A DNA stretch of 64,000 nt from Chiloscyllium plagiosum (GCF_004010195.1 NC_057746.1:34512096-34576095), one strand, 5' to 3'; shown: positions 25,351 to 38,624, numbered from the stretch's first letter. Notes: generated by a model from the letters alone, not told the origin. Numbers and translations: made by a program.

Positions 25351-26085
25351 TCAAAGGCTCTGAGAAGAGCCGTTTTTATCACACGTCGACTCTCCGCTAT
25401 TGGCTAAGGGACGGGGATTAGGTTCAAGCTGTGGGTGGGTACCGGACTCTTCACCATAACGTTGGGAGCTCGAGTGGATATCAAGTGATTTCTTCATTCG
25501 CGCACCCCTTTTCAAAGCACTCAGTCGTTTCCTACTCTGTGCGGTCCACTTTCTAACTTTTCGGGGCCTGGACGGTCGCTTCACCGTTGCCACCCTCCGC
25601 CGGGCCACTACCCGTCTCCTCCGCCTACGGTTCTGAGGAAATGTTTTCTTAGAGTCTCTCTGAGAACAGGTTTCTAGCTTGCTACTAACTCCTCCACCCA
25701 TACGGGCCAACCTCGATGCACCAATACTGCCCGATGTCTTAACCAGGGGACTTCGTTTAACCGTGTTCCGCATGGCCCGGTTATGCGGCGAGCTGTTGTG
25801 CCCAATGTTACTACCACTGGCCGACAACAGCTTCTTCATAGCAGCCACCGACAAACCCCGGCGCTCTTTATTGGCCGCCACTACTTTCATGATCTGTTCA
25901 GCTACCGTGCAGCCAAACTTCTTGTGACGATACGGTCGGCGCTTCTTCTTCACCGCAACAGCAATATCAAGTACTTCGCCCTCGTCTGGAGGAGGCGGTG
26001 GCGGAGGGGGTGGAGAAGGAGGAGCTGGTGGCGGGGAATCCACTAAAGCGGAAAAATCCAACCCATCCGACTCGGTATTTGCCAT
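25351..26085 (-). CDS. Histone H1-like / protamine-like protein B (244 aa; Pro-rich N-terminus, Arg-clustered tail)
   Basis: TVAEQIMKVVAANKERRGLSVAAMKKLLSASG matches H1 helices 1-2; RRRRRRVVARRR tail; intronless; ORF overlaps its own stem-loop. Confidence 0.8.
   Translation of the reverse strand: MANTESDGLDFSALVDSPPPAPPSPPPPPPPPPDEGEVLDIAVAVKKKRRPYRHKKFGCTVAEQIMKVVAANKERRGLSVAAMKKLLSASGSNIGHNSSPHNRAMRNTVKRSPLVKTSGSIGASRLARMGGGVSSKLETCSQRDSKKTFPQNRRRRRRVVARRRVATVKRPSRPRKVRKWTAQSRKRLSALKRGARMKKSLDIHSSSQRYGEESGTHPQLEPNPRPLANSGESTCDKNGSSQSL
25356..25371 (-). terminator. Histone stem-loop located inside the CDS of H1-like B
   Basis: AAAAAC-GGCTCTTCTCAGAGCC-TTTGA, then HDE-like AAAAAGGGGCCCTG. 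Confidence 0.9.
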
Positions 26086-26183
26086 ATAATTAATCGATTA
26101 TAGCTCTTTACGTATAACAACTCCCACACACCCTCCAGTCACAACCGCGGCGGGTATGTGGAGCCGGCAGCCCCACCTCCGCG

Positions 26184-26214
26184 CTTTTTAAAGCCGCGGT
26201 GCGGACCTGGGAGA
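26184..26214 (-). promoter_or_regulatory. H1-like B promoter: H4-box (site II-like) plus TATA-like element
   Basis: TCTCCCAGGTCCGC-8 nt-TTTAAAAAG, collinear with the H4 promoter TCACCCAGGTCCGC-8 nt-TATAAAAAG. Confidence 0.7.
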
Positions 26215-26761
26215 CGCACGCCCTGCTTACGGACAGTGGTGCGATGCCACCCGCCACACCCCCAACAGTCCCGCGCTTGCCCAGTTTGTGCTTGCCCTCC
26301 GCCGCTCTGGTGGGATATGGTCATTCACGTCACCCGCGGCGCCGAACGCTGCTCGGGGAGGCTCCTTCCAGGAGGGGATATCAATCCGTCTTAGCGACCA
26401 CTTTCTGTTCGGTACACTCCCGTTTGCAACTGTGCCCAGACCCAAGGCCAGGACCGATGCTAAGGCCGGAGATCGCAGGGGAGGTCTCGGTCTCGCTGAT
26501 CCGTGGGGAGGCCCGGTCGCAGTGGATCGTGGAACTTGAAAGACTCTTTACTGCAGGAATGATTTTATCGTAGGCATTTGGCACGTCGGGGGTCAACTTT
26601 TCGGTTGAATGCACAAGCTTCCTCAAGAAACACATCAATGACTTAAATCATTGTAGAACACAATTTAACAACTGAAAGACAATGAGGATGATGCCAATCC
26701 ATGGTCCGATGCAACGAGCAGATCACCGGGAGGCTGATAATTAAACAAGGATAAGCTTTAT

Positions 26762-26952
26762 AAAATCACACAACACCAGGTTATAGTCCAACAGGTTTAA
26801 TTGGAAGCACATTAGCTTTCGGAGCGCCGCTCCTTCATCAGGTGGACCACAACCACCCGAAAGCTAGTGCTTCCAATTAAACCTGTTGGACTATAACCTG
26901 GTGTTGTGTGATTTTTAACTTTGTACACCCCAGTCCAACACCGGCATCTCCA
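26762..26952. mobile_element. Short Penelope-derived fold-back element, family B
   Basis: Inverted arms aaaatcacacaacaccaggttatagtccaacaggtttaattggaagcac and its reverse complement; hammerhead motif at 26813-26841 (-). Confidence 0.82.
26813..26841 (-). ncRNA. Minimal hammerhead ribozyme core motif
   Basis: CTGATGA-A-GGAGC(GGC)GCTCC-GAAA-GCTA; palindromic AGCT stem III, CUA triplet. Confidence 0.55.
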
Positions 26953-28585
26953 AATAAAGAAAATGCACATACTTTTTTGGCAGAAGAAATAGGAGTTGCA
27001 ATTTATACATAATGGCACCCATTAATCACTTAAAGAATTCTAAATAGGTTTAATGGGACTCTAGGCTTCATGCATTGACGTATTGAGCACAAAAACGAGG
27101 AGAAAGCTGAACCTTTATAGAACTCTGATGAAGCCCTGACCAGAGTTGTGTTGTCCATTTCTTGTCACCACTCTTCAGAAAGGATGTGAGAAGAGTCCAG
27201 AGGATATTTCCCAAAATGATTACCGGAGTGAATGATTTTAGCGGCAGGGTTAGACTGGAGAAGCCGGGGCTCCATTCCAGGGAGAACAGGAAATGAAGAG
27301 GTAATTTGAAAGAGTTGTACAAGACAATGGCAGATCTGGATCGGGTAAACAAAGCTTTTCCTTTTAGCTAACGTTGCAAGGCCACGGATTGAAGTTTTTG
27401 TTTGGCTAATGATATGGGCAGCGATATAAGAAGAACTTTTTTTGACACGATTAGTGGTGGTGACCACTCACGGCCTTGTTGGGCTTAAGGGTATAGTGAA
27501 AAAGTGGGGCTGACTGCAGAGCTGTCATGGATTGATTTGTCCAAATTGTGTCTTTTTTTGCAAAGGAAATGGAGTACAAACTTAGGGCCACTTTCCTGCA
27601 GTTGTATGGAGTGTTGGTGTGGCCACATTTGGCTGACCGTGTACAGCTGGAAAAAAGCATAGCACGTCAGGCAGCTTCTGATGAGTAAGACAGTCGATGT
27701 TTCGGACTTAATCACTCATCTAGAGTTGAGTCTGTGGAGCCGTTCCCTAGAAAGTAGGAGAGGCTGCATCTTTAACTTACTTAAAGTCTGTGTTAGACAG
27801 ATCAATATTCAAGGGAATCAATGGCTATGGAGAGGCAGCCAATTCAGTCTAAATGAATGGTTATTAAGTGTCCTGGACTCGAAACGTTTAGTGTTTTTCT
27901 CTCCACTGATGCTTTTAGACCTGGAGTTTCTCCAGCACTATTTGTTATTGAATGTCGGAGCAGACTCCAAATATTTAACACAATGTTCAGCACTGTCTCT
28001 TGTTCTCTTGGATACGACAGAAGCTGCTTGTGTCTGACCATTTCACTTGTGGTCACATAGTGTGCTTTACAAGTACACGTTTCTCTCAATTATTTTTGGT
28101 AGTAGGACATACACTAACCTGAGGATGAATCTTGGTTCCTCACCTCCTCGCAAATGCATGTCGTAAGGATTTATGTAGCTTTGGTAACCTGAGACTTATA
28201 GCAAGGATAAATCTCAACCTTTTGGCTGCACCTCAATGGTTTCGGGAGAAATATGGGTAAGCATTCATTAGTATTGCTGCAATATTTGAATAACCTATAT
28301 CTCTTGCAGTATCCAGTGCTTTCAGCTGCTTGTTATTAACGGAGATCTGTGGAGACACAGATGGACCATCCGCTCCTGACAATTGTTGCGAATGCACGGA
28401 GCTGGGTTTTCATTTGTAAAGCTTCCTTGACGTTTAATACTGCCACATATTAACGTTCTAAACATCAATCGACCAGAGTTGAATAACCAGGTTTTTCAGG
28501 TGGCAAGCGCAAGTTAAAATTGTGACTACCATGTTGATAATAGCCGTTTTGGAAAGGGTCCGCAGCTTTCTTGAGAACAACTTGT

Positions 28586-28601
28586 GGCTCTTAAAAGAGC
28601 C
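28586..28601 (-). terminator. Histone stem-loop of H4, followed by HDE
   Basis: GGCTCTTTTAAGAGCC then ACAAG...AAGAAAGCTG. Confidence 0.95.
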
Positions 28602-28628
28602 TTTCCACCGATGTTTTACTAACAGCTT

Positions 28629-29045
<417 letters not shown>

Positions 29046-30394
29046 GTCAAAGAACACCGCGATGCTCTCGCTGCCCGTCCTTGTTCAACGTAATGTATCA
29101 AAGTGCTGAATGAGCAAAATAATCATTCATTGTTAACCAACCCATAAACTGCTGAAATGCAGTGAGATGCAATACAGCCAGATTAAACTGATTATTCTTG
29201 TGAAATGATTTTATTCCGATGTATTAACAAAGAGACTGTACATTTTACGGTTAAGCTCAGGTCCACATCCTGGAAGGAGGGGTAGTTGAGATCGAGGGGC
29301 ACCAAAAATGTGTTTCTATTTTCTATTCGTCTTTTACACGTTTTCTTCAAGCCTCACAATTTCACCGCCCATCCCCACCCCCGCAAACACCTTATTGCCA
29401 TTTTTGTATTGTATTTTCGAAAATAAAATAATTAACTCAAATTGCCGGCTAAAGTGAAAGGAATTGGGCAAATGTTACTTTTAAAACTTAGTACTATTAC
29501 ATATCATTTGCTGTGATCGGTGTGCATGTTTCGGCGAACAGCTCTGAATATTTTAACGACTCGACGTTCTTTATTGGCCGTATCATATTCCTTCTTCATG
29601 TCATAATCTCACAATTTCGAAAACGAAAGCTGCCCTCCAGAAGGTTGGTCTCCTCTTGTGAATCTTTGCGTATTTTCAATAATCGTTTTCTCAACTCCAT
29701 CCAAACTGATTCCATCCAAATTCTGATTATTTCTCCAACTCTAGAGAGATCTCCAGTCACGACCATTATATAGAGTCAGTGATGAATGTAAGGGAAGCAA
29801 CTGTTTCGCATCATGTAGAAACTCCGTCTTCTCAGAGCTCCGTGAATCTATGGATTTCTTTACCACAGAGGGCTGCCTACGTCGGGCCGTTAAGTATATT
29901 CAAAGCTGAAATAGACAGATTTTTAAACAAAAAAAAATTAGAATCAAGGATTATAAGGGGGAAAGGCAGGAAAATTGAGTTAAAGATGATCAGATCAGCC
30001 ATAAGCACATTGAATCGCGATGCAGGCTCGATGGACTGAATGACCTCTTGCTGCTCTACACCTTATTATCGATGTTGTCTCCATCCTTCGTTAAATACTT
30101 TCTGATCATTCCTGCCTTGTTCCGATTGAGAGTGAAGTAGACCATTGTCATAATTTTCTCTTCTATGTCTTCAGTAATCCACTCACACTTAATCACACTG
30201 TCTCCTTTTTTCTCTAACTCTTAACAACGATCTGGATTTTTTTTTGGTCTTCATGTCCCACAGCTTATTCCACCCACTACATGTTTTAAGTGCTGAAGTC
30301 TTAAACTTGCTTGCTTCTTGATTCATAGTGGGAGTCCAGTCGGGCCTTGATACTTTATTTAGTTGACGCGAGGATTGAACACCCAGGAACATGT

Positions 30395-30876
30395 CGATGT
30401 TGCTATATGGGACTGTTGCACCAATAAGAGTGTTTGACTCGAACAAAGTATTAACTGTACAACCGAAATTCTGTGAACAGTTTTGGACAGCTTGTCTAAG
30501 GAAACTGGGATTTGATGCAGTTCAGAGCAGGTTCATTAGGGAATATAGAAGAATGAAAGGTGATCTTATTGAAGCGTACAAGATTTTAAGAGGGCTTGAC
30601 GGATTAGACATGGAGAAATTGTTTCCCCTTGTGGGAGAGTCTAGGAGCAGAGGGCATAATTTCAGAGTAAGGGGTCGCACATTTGTGATAGTGGTGAGGA
30701 GGAAAGAGTGGGTCATTAAGGCTGAAATACTCAGATTTTTAATCATTAAGGGAATGAAGTGTTATGGGAAAAGTCAGAAAATGGAACTGAAGTTTATCAG
30801 ATCAGCCATGATCTCATTGAATGGCGGAACAGACTCGATGGGCTGAAAGGCCTGCTCCTGCTACTATGTGTTATGT
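30395..30876 (+). mobile_element. CR1-like 3' fragment (similar remnants at 27063-27680 and 29790-30070)
   Basis: RRMKGDLIEAYKILRGLD...SRSRGHNFRVRG. Confidence 0.75.
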
Positions 30877-32334
30877 TCAATGTTTGACTGTTGCATCATG
30901 GAATGTTTTGATATTTAATTTCCTCTGGCCTCCATGCTAACTCTGGTCTTCTCTTTGGTTCTTCCTGTCTCCCTCGCACTCTTAAAATGCTTTAATTTTC
31001 CATTTGTCTTCAATTCTGATAAAAGATCTTTCAATAGGAACCACCTTGTTATCTCTCCTTTGTTGCTGAGTTTTTCCCTTTTTTCCCAGGTTTTTACTTC
31101 ATGTTTCCAACATTCACAGCATTTGGCTTTTGTACAAATGGGCAGCAGGCCGGATAGAAGCATCAAAGAATTGGGAGAAAAGCTCTGAATATGTGCAACC
31201 CTTGCCTTAAAAGGATGGAAATTCCTGATTTGACAACCTAAGTTTTAATTATTTAATATCAGTGTTAAGGATAGCTGTTGGAAACTTGTATAGATGAAGT
31301 GCATCTAGTTAAGACTATTGAGTAAGATTCAGGTTCGATTACTGAGTATGATTAGAAACGGCGTAAATCAGAACGCGGAAACAGAAACCAGGTCGCTGAG
31401 AATGAAGGCTTTTTTTATGAACAAGGGTCAGACTGCACTCGAAACATTAGCTCTGCTTCTGGGTCCACAGATGAGACAGACCTGCTCCATTTCTCCAACA
31501 CTTTCTATGTTAGCTTCAGATTTCCAATATCCGTATCATTTTTGTTTTGAGTGCTAAATATTTGATCTTAATACTGCTCCTCAGTTTCGCTTCGTTAAAT
31601 TTAATTAAATTTGTCACGAAATAAAGATGCACTGCTGCATAAAATACCAACCGTGGTGCAAATCGTCACGACCTTTTACAATGTTCACTGAATTCCCGGG
31701 GAGTTAAGAACAACTTATTCATGTTCCGGCGAAATTGGATGAACGTGTCCGTGAACCCGCACATTTGATGTAGTCAAACAAGAATTATTCGCATTTGGTA
31801 ACATGCCGATGTTTAGAAAAGTTCAACACATAAATTTTAAGCCTTGTAGTGAAAATCTTTTCTAGACCGACTCTGTGAATCCGTTAAGTTTTGTAATGTC
31901 GTATAACCTTTACCCTGAGATCTATATTTAGATGTGAATATATTCGTGATCAGAAAATAAAACAGACGGGTATTTTTCAAGCCGTGAAGATGTCACAACT
32001 CAGTTGGGACTGCGAGCACTGTCACTCCTGCTAATTTCATTTTTACATGAACTCTGTGCAAGAGACACAATGCACCGTTTGCCGGCGGGAAGACTTAGAC
32101 TGGGATGTTGACATTGAATTATTCTCGATATTACTTTTAAACATTTAAGAAAATCCTTTTTAACAGTTAGGAATTCCGCTTATCAATTGATTAAAATGCA
32201 ATAAGAATAATTTGTAAGAAACAAAGTCGTTGTTTTTGATGTGGTGTCCTGTGTGTGTGGGCTGATCAATTAAAACGAGCAGTTTATTTTTATCTTTGGG
32301 TCATCCTGAACGAGAAAAAAAGGACACACCGTGG

Positions 32335-32425
32335 TGACGTAGTTTAACGCCATTGGTTAAAATAACGCAGACCTCTGATTGGCTGTAGCGGTGTACTATG
32401 TTTTCAATCCGATTATGCAAATGAG
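32335..32425 (-). promoter_or_regulatory. Orphan histone-type promoter module (octamer, two CCAAT, ACGTCA)
   Basis: CTCATTTGCATA (ATGCAAAT at 32415-32422), CCAAT at 32378-32382 and 32352-32356, TGACGT at 32335-32340, locally CpG-rich; no adjacent ORF. Confidence 0.5.
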
Positions 32426-33701
32426 AATACGTGACCGTCACAAACCGTCCCCCGTTGGCGTTATTAAAATTTTCAAACCCGTGCACCCGCACAAGTTAAA
32501 TTACCAAATAGGGGAAAAACAACATCAAAACAGCCTGAGCTCATAATGGAATTGAAAATGTTTCCCCAAATCTCCTAATTAAGGGCAAACCGCCAGGAGG
32601 AAATTGCCAGCAACATACACCTTGACATTGTTCGACTTTAGGGGGAAACTGAAAACTATGACCTCTTTTAGCTTTTGCCCAAACCCGAGGTTGTTTGCAC
32701 CAATGGACATTTTTAGAAAAAGCAGGGAGCTATCCTCTCCCATCTTAAAATCCCCAGGAGACTACTGAGACTTTTCTTTACATTTTCCCAAGACTTCCAA
32801 GTATTTTTTCACTACCCAAAGCCCAGGCCCATTTGTTAATAGAACATTCAGCCCACCCATCCCCTTCCTCCCCAAACCCAGATTTGAGTTGTCCTTGGCT
32901 AAACTAATCAACAATATTTTCTATAATTTAAACTGTGGCGTATAATCTGTCCTTGACACATTTCAAAGCATTGCATGGTTATTTTCTCTGTCCTTGTCTG
33001 CTATCTTCCATCGTACACCATGACCTGGTTGGGATCTGCTCCCATCTGACCTGCCCCAGATGTGTTCAGGGCAGCCCAGCTAATTTAAGCTAGGTGACCA
33101 CAAGTTTCTTGTCATTGGCATCATTCCTTGAAATATCAGCCATCTTCCATGTGGATGTTGGTGACAAAAGCTTGCACCTCTTTTTTTTAACCCCTAATCT
33201 CAATTACAGCCTTACACTTAAATCAATTCTATTTGGATCTCAGATAAACTCCTGCTTTTCTCTAATCCCTTTCCTAGCCTGGCTGTTTATTCACCCTGAA
33301 TCTTATATTTATTCCTGTTCTGGGCTCCATCATATATTTTGCCTTGAGGGTTTCACTTCCCTCCTTTATACTGCTGGCTGTTGAAAGGAATTTTTCCTCA
33401 CATTGCACACATTTAAATTATTAGTCGCAGTGTGTGACTAACAAGGGAATCATTCACAAGGGAATCCAATGGTTACTGGGTACAGGAGGTAAGATGGAGT
33501 TGAGGCTACAATCGGATCATAATCAGACTAAATTACAGAGCAGGATGGAGGGGCTGAATGGCAGCATCTCTGAATCACAGTGTTAAAGATCTGTTCCTCA
33601 AATTTAAGCATATAAATAGTCTAAACTGAGACCTCTCTAAAGTATTAAGGGAGTGTCACAGAGTTCCTTGTGCTGAGTCTATAGCAACACTCCTGACATG
33701 A

Positions 33702-33899
33702 TTAAAAATCAGACAACACCAGGTTATAGTCCAACAGGTTTAATTGGAAGCACTGGCATTTGGAGCGCCGCTCCTTCATCAGGTAGTTGTCAAAAGCAGT
33801 GCTCCAAAAGCTAGTACTTCCAATTAAATCTGTTGGAATATAACCTGGTGTTGTGTGATTTTTAACTTTGTACACCCCAGTCCAACACAGGCATCTCCA
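33702..33899. mobile_element. Short Penelope-derived fold-back element, family B
   Basis: Inverted arms; 13-bp TSD actcctgacatga (33689-33701, 33900-33912). Confidence 0.82.
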
Positions 33900-34629
33900 A
33901 CTCCTGACATGAACCTTGAATATTCATGACAAAGAGTCTTGAAGGAGTAATGTGGTAAGCTACTTGTCACAAAGTATGCAGTTTCTCTCCTCTTGCAAAC
34001 ATAACATTGATAAGACTATGTGAAGTTCACATTCTGCTCCACAGTAGCCCTCCAATCTCTGAAAACATTGATTGAATGGGAAAGGCAATAAATGGACCTT
34101 TGTAAGAAGAGAGAGAGATTATCTACACAGAGGTTTTATATTGTCAAGTATACAGAATGAAAGGTTTCATTTTTTGGTGGTGAGTTATTGTCAGTGAGGT
34201 ACTAAACTAAGTTGTAGTTTGCTTGTCACGTGAATGGAGATAGTCTTACTTAAAAATAAAAGTGTGGACATTGTCCTAGTTCCCTAACATCAATACTTTA
34301 TTTAAGCTCATGGGACCTTCTTAGTGCACCAATTGACTTACCTATTCCTCAATGAAAATTATAGTGGTTTCAACTTATTTCATTGGAGCACTATAATGAC
34401 ATGAGAGCAGCTGTACAAATGCAAGTATTTCATAGATTTCTTATTTTTTGATTGTTCATAGAGTGTAGACACTTCCCCACTGCTGTCCTATTTCATCATT
34501 TACCTCTCCTTTGAAAATGTTTCTTCTTCAAAACCAACAGCCCTTGTGATACTGGCATTCCCTCAGTACTGTTCAAGGGTTTTGAAACAGCTTAGATGAA
34601 GTATCCTTGGTATGAGGGACAGATTGGAT

Positions 34630-34945
34630 CACACGGTGGCTGAGTGGTTAGCACTGCTGCCTCACGGCGCCAGGGATCTGGGTTTGACTCCAGCTTTGGG
34701 TGACTATCTGTATGGAGTGTGCACATTCTCCCTTTGCCTGTGCAGGTTTCTTCTAGGTGCTCCAGTTTCCTTCACCTGTGCAGATCAGGTGAATTGGCTA
34801 TGCTAAATTGTCCATTGTGTTTGGTACATTAGTCAGGGGTAAATATAGGAGAGGGGACTGTGTCTGAGTGAGTTACTCTTTGGAGGATCGGTGTGGACTT
34901 GTACGGCCAAAGGGCCTGTTTCCATACTGTAGTGAATCTGATCTA
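34630..34945 (+). mobile_element. HE1-type SINE
   Basis: cacggtggctgagtggttagcactgctgcctcac...gggcctgtttccatactgtag. Confidence 0.8.
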
Positions 34946-37052
34946 TTAAGACTGTCTGTCTTGGGGAAATGAATACTGTCAGGAGATTTGATGGAGGTTT
35001 TCAAAATCATAAGGGATCTGTACAGAATAGATGAGGGAGAAATTGTTCCCACTTGTGAAAGGATCATGAGTGAGAAGACACAGTCAATTAGTTAATGAAG
35101 TAAAAGTGAGAAAAAAAGGAAAGGCCTTTTCACACAGTGAGCTTTTATGGTCTGGAATGCAGTGCCAGAGAGTGTGGTGAAGGCAGGTTTGATTGAGGCA
35201 TTCAAAAGGGAGTTAGCTGGTTATTTGACAGGAAAAACATTCAGAGTTACAAGGAGAATATAGAACATAGAAAAGTACAGCACAGAACAGGCCCTTTGGC
35301 CCATGATGTCGAGAAGGTCGTGGAATGGCTCAAACTGAATGACTCATTTGAAGAGTCAGAGCAGACATGAAGGGCCAAATGGCCTCTTTCTTTACTGCAA
35401 GAATTCTGTGGTCTCTATAAATCAAATCAGTATGGCGTGTAACTCTGACGGGAATAGAGAATCACTGATGTTCCCATGTTATTACGGCTTTATCCTCTGG
35501 GAGGTCACAGAAATGGAAAGGAGATGCTGTCAAAAGAAGCTTGATGGTTTGAGGCTGTAATTGTGTATATGGTATAGATTTCAGTCATAACATAGATATT
35601 GAATCAATATCTGGGATGGGTTCTGATCAATTTTTACTGACAACTACCACATTATTTGCAATTCCTTGTGCTAAATCCATCCTGCCTAATGGCAAACAGC
35701 CCCAACATGAACTTTGAAGATTCATAATGAAACGTTTTGGAGGAATAAAGTGACAAGCTACTTGCCACAAAGTATGCAGCATTTCCTCTGCTCTTGCAAC
35801 CGCAAAACTGATAAGACTATACACAGTTCACTTTTGGCTCCAGAGCAGCTCTCCCATCCCAAAAATATTGAATGAATAGGAAATACAATAAATGCACATT
35901 TGATAGGAAAGAAGAATGACCTACTCAGAGGGGTTGTATTTTTAAGCAAACAGAATTAGCAGTTTCATTATTGAGACTCTCCACAGAACTCATTGCATGT
36001 AATTTCACCATTTGACCAAATAGTAAGCCATTAGATTAAAAGTGTAGTTAGGAATAATGTGGAGGAATGTCAGGAATAATAATGAAACAGGGCACTTTCA
36101 TCCAAGTGTGAGGAAAATGTTAGTGTAGATCTAAACACTTGTAATGGTTGATAAGGACCTCGATTTATGTAGAAAGCAGGTAGACAGTTTCTATAGCACA
36201 CTAACTTCTAAGAACTAAAACCTGCACCAATATTTTACCTTGCAATTTCTTTTGGTACAACTTATTAATTCACGAGTGTTGCTGGTTAGGCCAGTATTTA
36301 TTGCACATCTCTAATTGGCCTTGCAAAGGCTTCTTGAGTTAGCTTCTTGACAATTGCAGTCTATGAGGTGAAGGATACCCAAAGTGTTGTTAGGAAGGAA
36401 ATTCCATGGTTTGATCCAGTAACAGTGAAAAAATAGAAATATATTTCAAAGTCAGGATGTTTATGATTTGGAGAGGTATTTGCAGATAGTGATATTCCCA
36501 AGTATTTGCTGCCCTTGTATTTCTAGGAGGTAGTGGCCACAGGTTTTGAAGGTTCTGTCAAAGGGTTTAAGTAACTTACTGCAGTGCATCTTGTAGGTAG
36601 TACATTCTGCTGCCACTGTCCATTATTGATGAAGGGAGTAAATGTTAAAGGTGAAGGACGTAGTGCCAATATAGCAGAATATTTAACCTGGAAACTGTCA
36701 AGCTTCTTCAGTCTTGTTGGAGCTGCACTCATCTAGGCAAGTGGGGATGGTCAGAACCTGAGTTCATTTGTGCAGAATAGAGTCATAGACTCTGACCTGT
36801 TGCTGTATCCACAGTATTTGTATGACTGGTCCAGTTCAGTTTCTGGTCAATGTCAACCCCAAGACATTGTTAGTGGGTGATTCAGCCATTGACTCTTAAC
36901 AGGTGATAAATATTTAGAAGGTCTTTTGTTGGAGATGTTTTTTACTTGACATTTGTGAGGCATTGAATATTACTTGCCACTTCTCAGCCCAAGCCTGGAT
37001 ATTATCCAGATCTTGTTACATTTGAACATGGACTGCTTAAGTATCTGAGGAG

Positions 37053-37228
37053 ACCAAAAAAACTGCAGATGCTGGAATCCAAAGTAGACAAGCTGGAAAA
37101 ACACAGCAAGCCAGGCAGCATCAGGAGTTGGAGAAGTTGATGTTTCGAGTACACCCAAAACGGTGACTTTTCCACCGCCTGATGATGTCTGGCTTGCTGC
37201 ATTGTTCCAGCCTCCTGCCTATCTACTC
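37053..37228. mobile_element. Short Penelope-derived element (related family) inserted in a degenerate LINE (~36270-37390)
   Basis: aactgcagatgctgg...ggcagcatc arms; 13-bp TSD agtatctgaggag (37040-37052, 37229-37241). Confidence 0.7.
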
Positions 37229-38297
37229 AGTATCTGAGGAGTCATGAAAGATGCTGAACATTGTGCAATCATCGGCAAACATCCCCACTTCTGACCTTAT
37301 GAGGAAGGGAAGGACATTGATGAAGCAGCTGAAAATAGTTGGGACTAGGACACTGACCTGAGGAAATTCTGCAGACATGTCCAGGTAATTCCAGTGAGGA
37401 TCTTATATTAACGAAGACATCAATAATTTAGGCATTGGAGAAACTGTGAATGTCCATCATCTGTCAGCTTAGGGGGAGAAATTATCACACTCCTCAGTCA
37501 GGCTATATAAATGCTAAACCACTGACTCACATATATTTTTAGATAAAATATACAAATGCAGAGACCTATACATAAATCATATTATAACAATTAATCATCT
37601 GAAAATAAGGCAGGTTCAGTCTTGAAAGTACCTGCAGGAAATATAAGGTCTACCCGCTTCTTCTGTGTTTAACTTACAAGCTAGGATAAGAAACATTGGC
37701 AGGCTGTTCAATGAAAATGGAAAAAAAATGAGCGTCTGATGACAGAGCTCCATCCTTTCATTCATTATCTTCACACTGGCATTGTTCAGTAAAATAGTTG
37801 AATGGTGATGACAGAAGTTTTCCTGCTCCCAGCACCTATTACTGATCCCAAACATCAGCTACAAGCCAGCTGAGTTTAGTAAACATACAGCTGAGATCAA
37901 ACTTTGTTTTTATTTGTCAAAATGATTCTGATTTTCACTGGAGAGAGTTGCTGAGCATTTAGAGTAGGAATTACATTGCCAATTTGGAGGAATCTTCTGA
38001 GCATATACTGACAGTGAGGAATACTCAGCCATTGCTCATGCATTTTGTTTGTAATTTTGCAGCATTGTTGATGTCCCTCAAACCTAGCAAGTAGAAAGTG
38101 TAGCTCCTTGCCTTTTTTCTTAATTCACTTGCAGGATATGGATAGGCCATCATTAATTGCTCAGAGAGCAGTTAAGAGTCAACTTCATGCTGTGAATCTG
38201 GAGTCACATGTAGGCCAGGCCAGAGAAGGATGGCAGTTTCCTTCCCAGAGGATATTACTAAACCAATGGGCTTTTCCTGACAATAGATTTCATAATT

Positions 38298-38624
38298 GGG
38301 CGGCACGGTGGCACAGTGGTTAGCACTGCTGCCTCACAGCGCCTGAGATCCGGGTTCAATTCCCGCCTCAGGCGACTGACTGTGTGGAGTTTGCACGTTC
38401 TCCCCGTGTCTGCGTGGGTTTCCTCCGGGTGCTCCGGTTTCCTCCCACAGTCCAAAAGATGTGCAGGGTCAGGTGAATTGGCCATGCTAAATTGCCCGTA
38501 GTGTTAGGTAAGGGGTAAATGTAGGGGTATGGGTGGGTTTCGCTTCGTCGGGTCGGTATGGACTTGTTGGGCCGAAGGGCCTGTTTCTACACTGTAATGT
38601 AATCTAATCATAATCTAATCTAAT
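38298..38624 (+). mobile_element. Full-length HE1-type SINE
   Basis: tRNA-like head with A box (tggcacagtgg) and B box (gttcaattcc), V-domain core, CR1-like tail and (TAATC)n end. Confidence 0.9.

Noticed and set aside
32655-32700. Possible U7 snRNA (acctcttttagcttttgccc) about 240 bp from an octamer
   Set aside because: Lacks the U7 Sm site AATTTGTCTAG, a convincing 3' hairpin and a correctly spaced PSE.
38298-38370. tRNA-like sequence
   Set aside because: It is the tRNA-derived head of an HE1-type SINE, continuous with the SINE body and repeated in the window.
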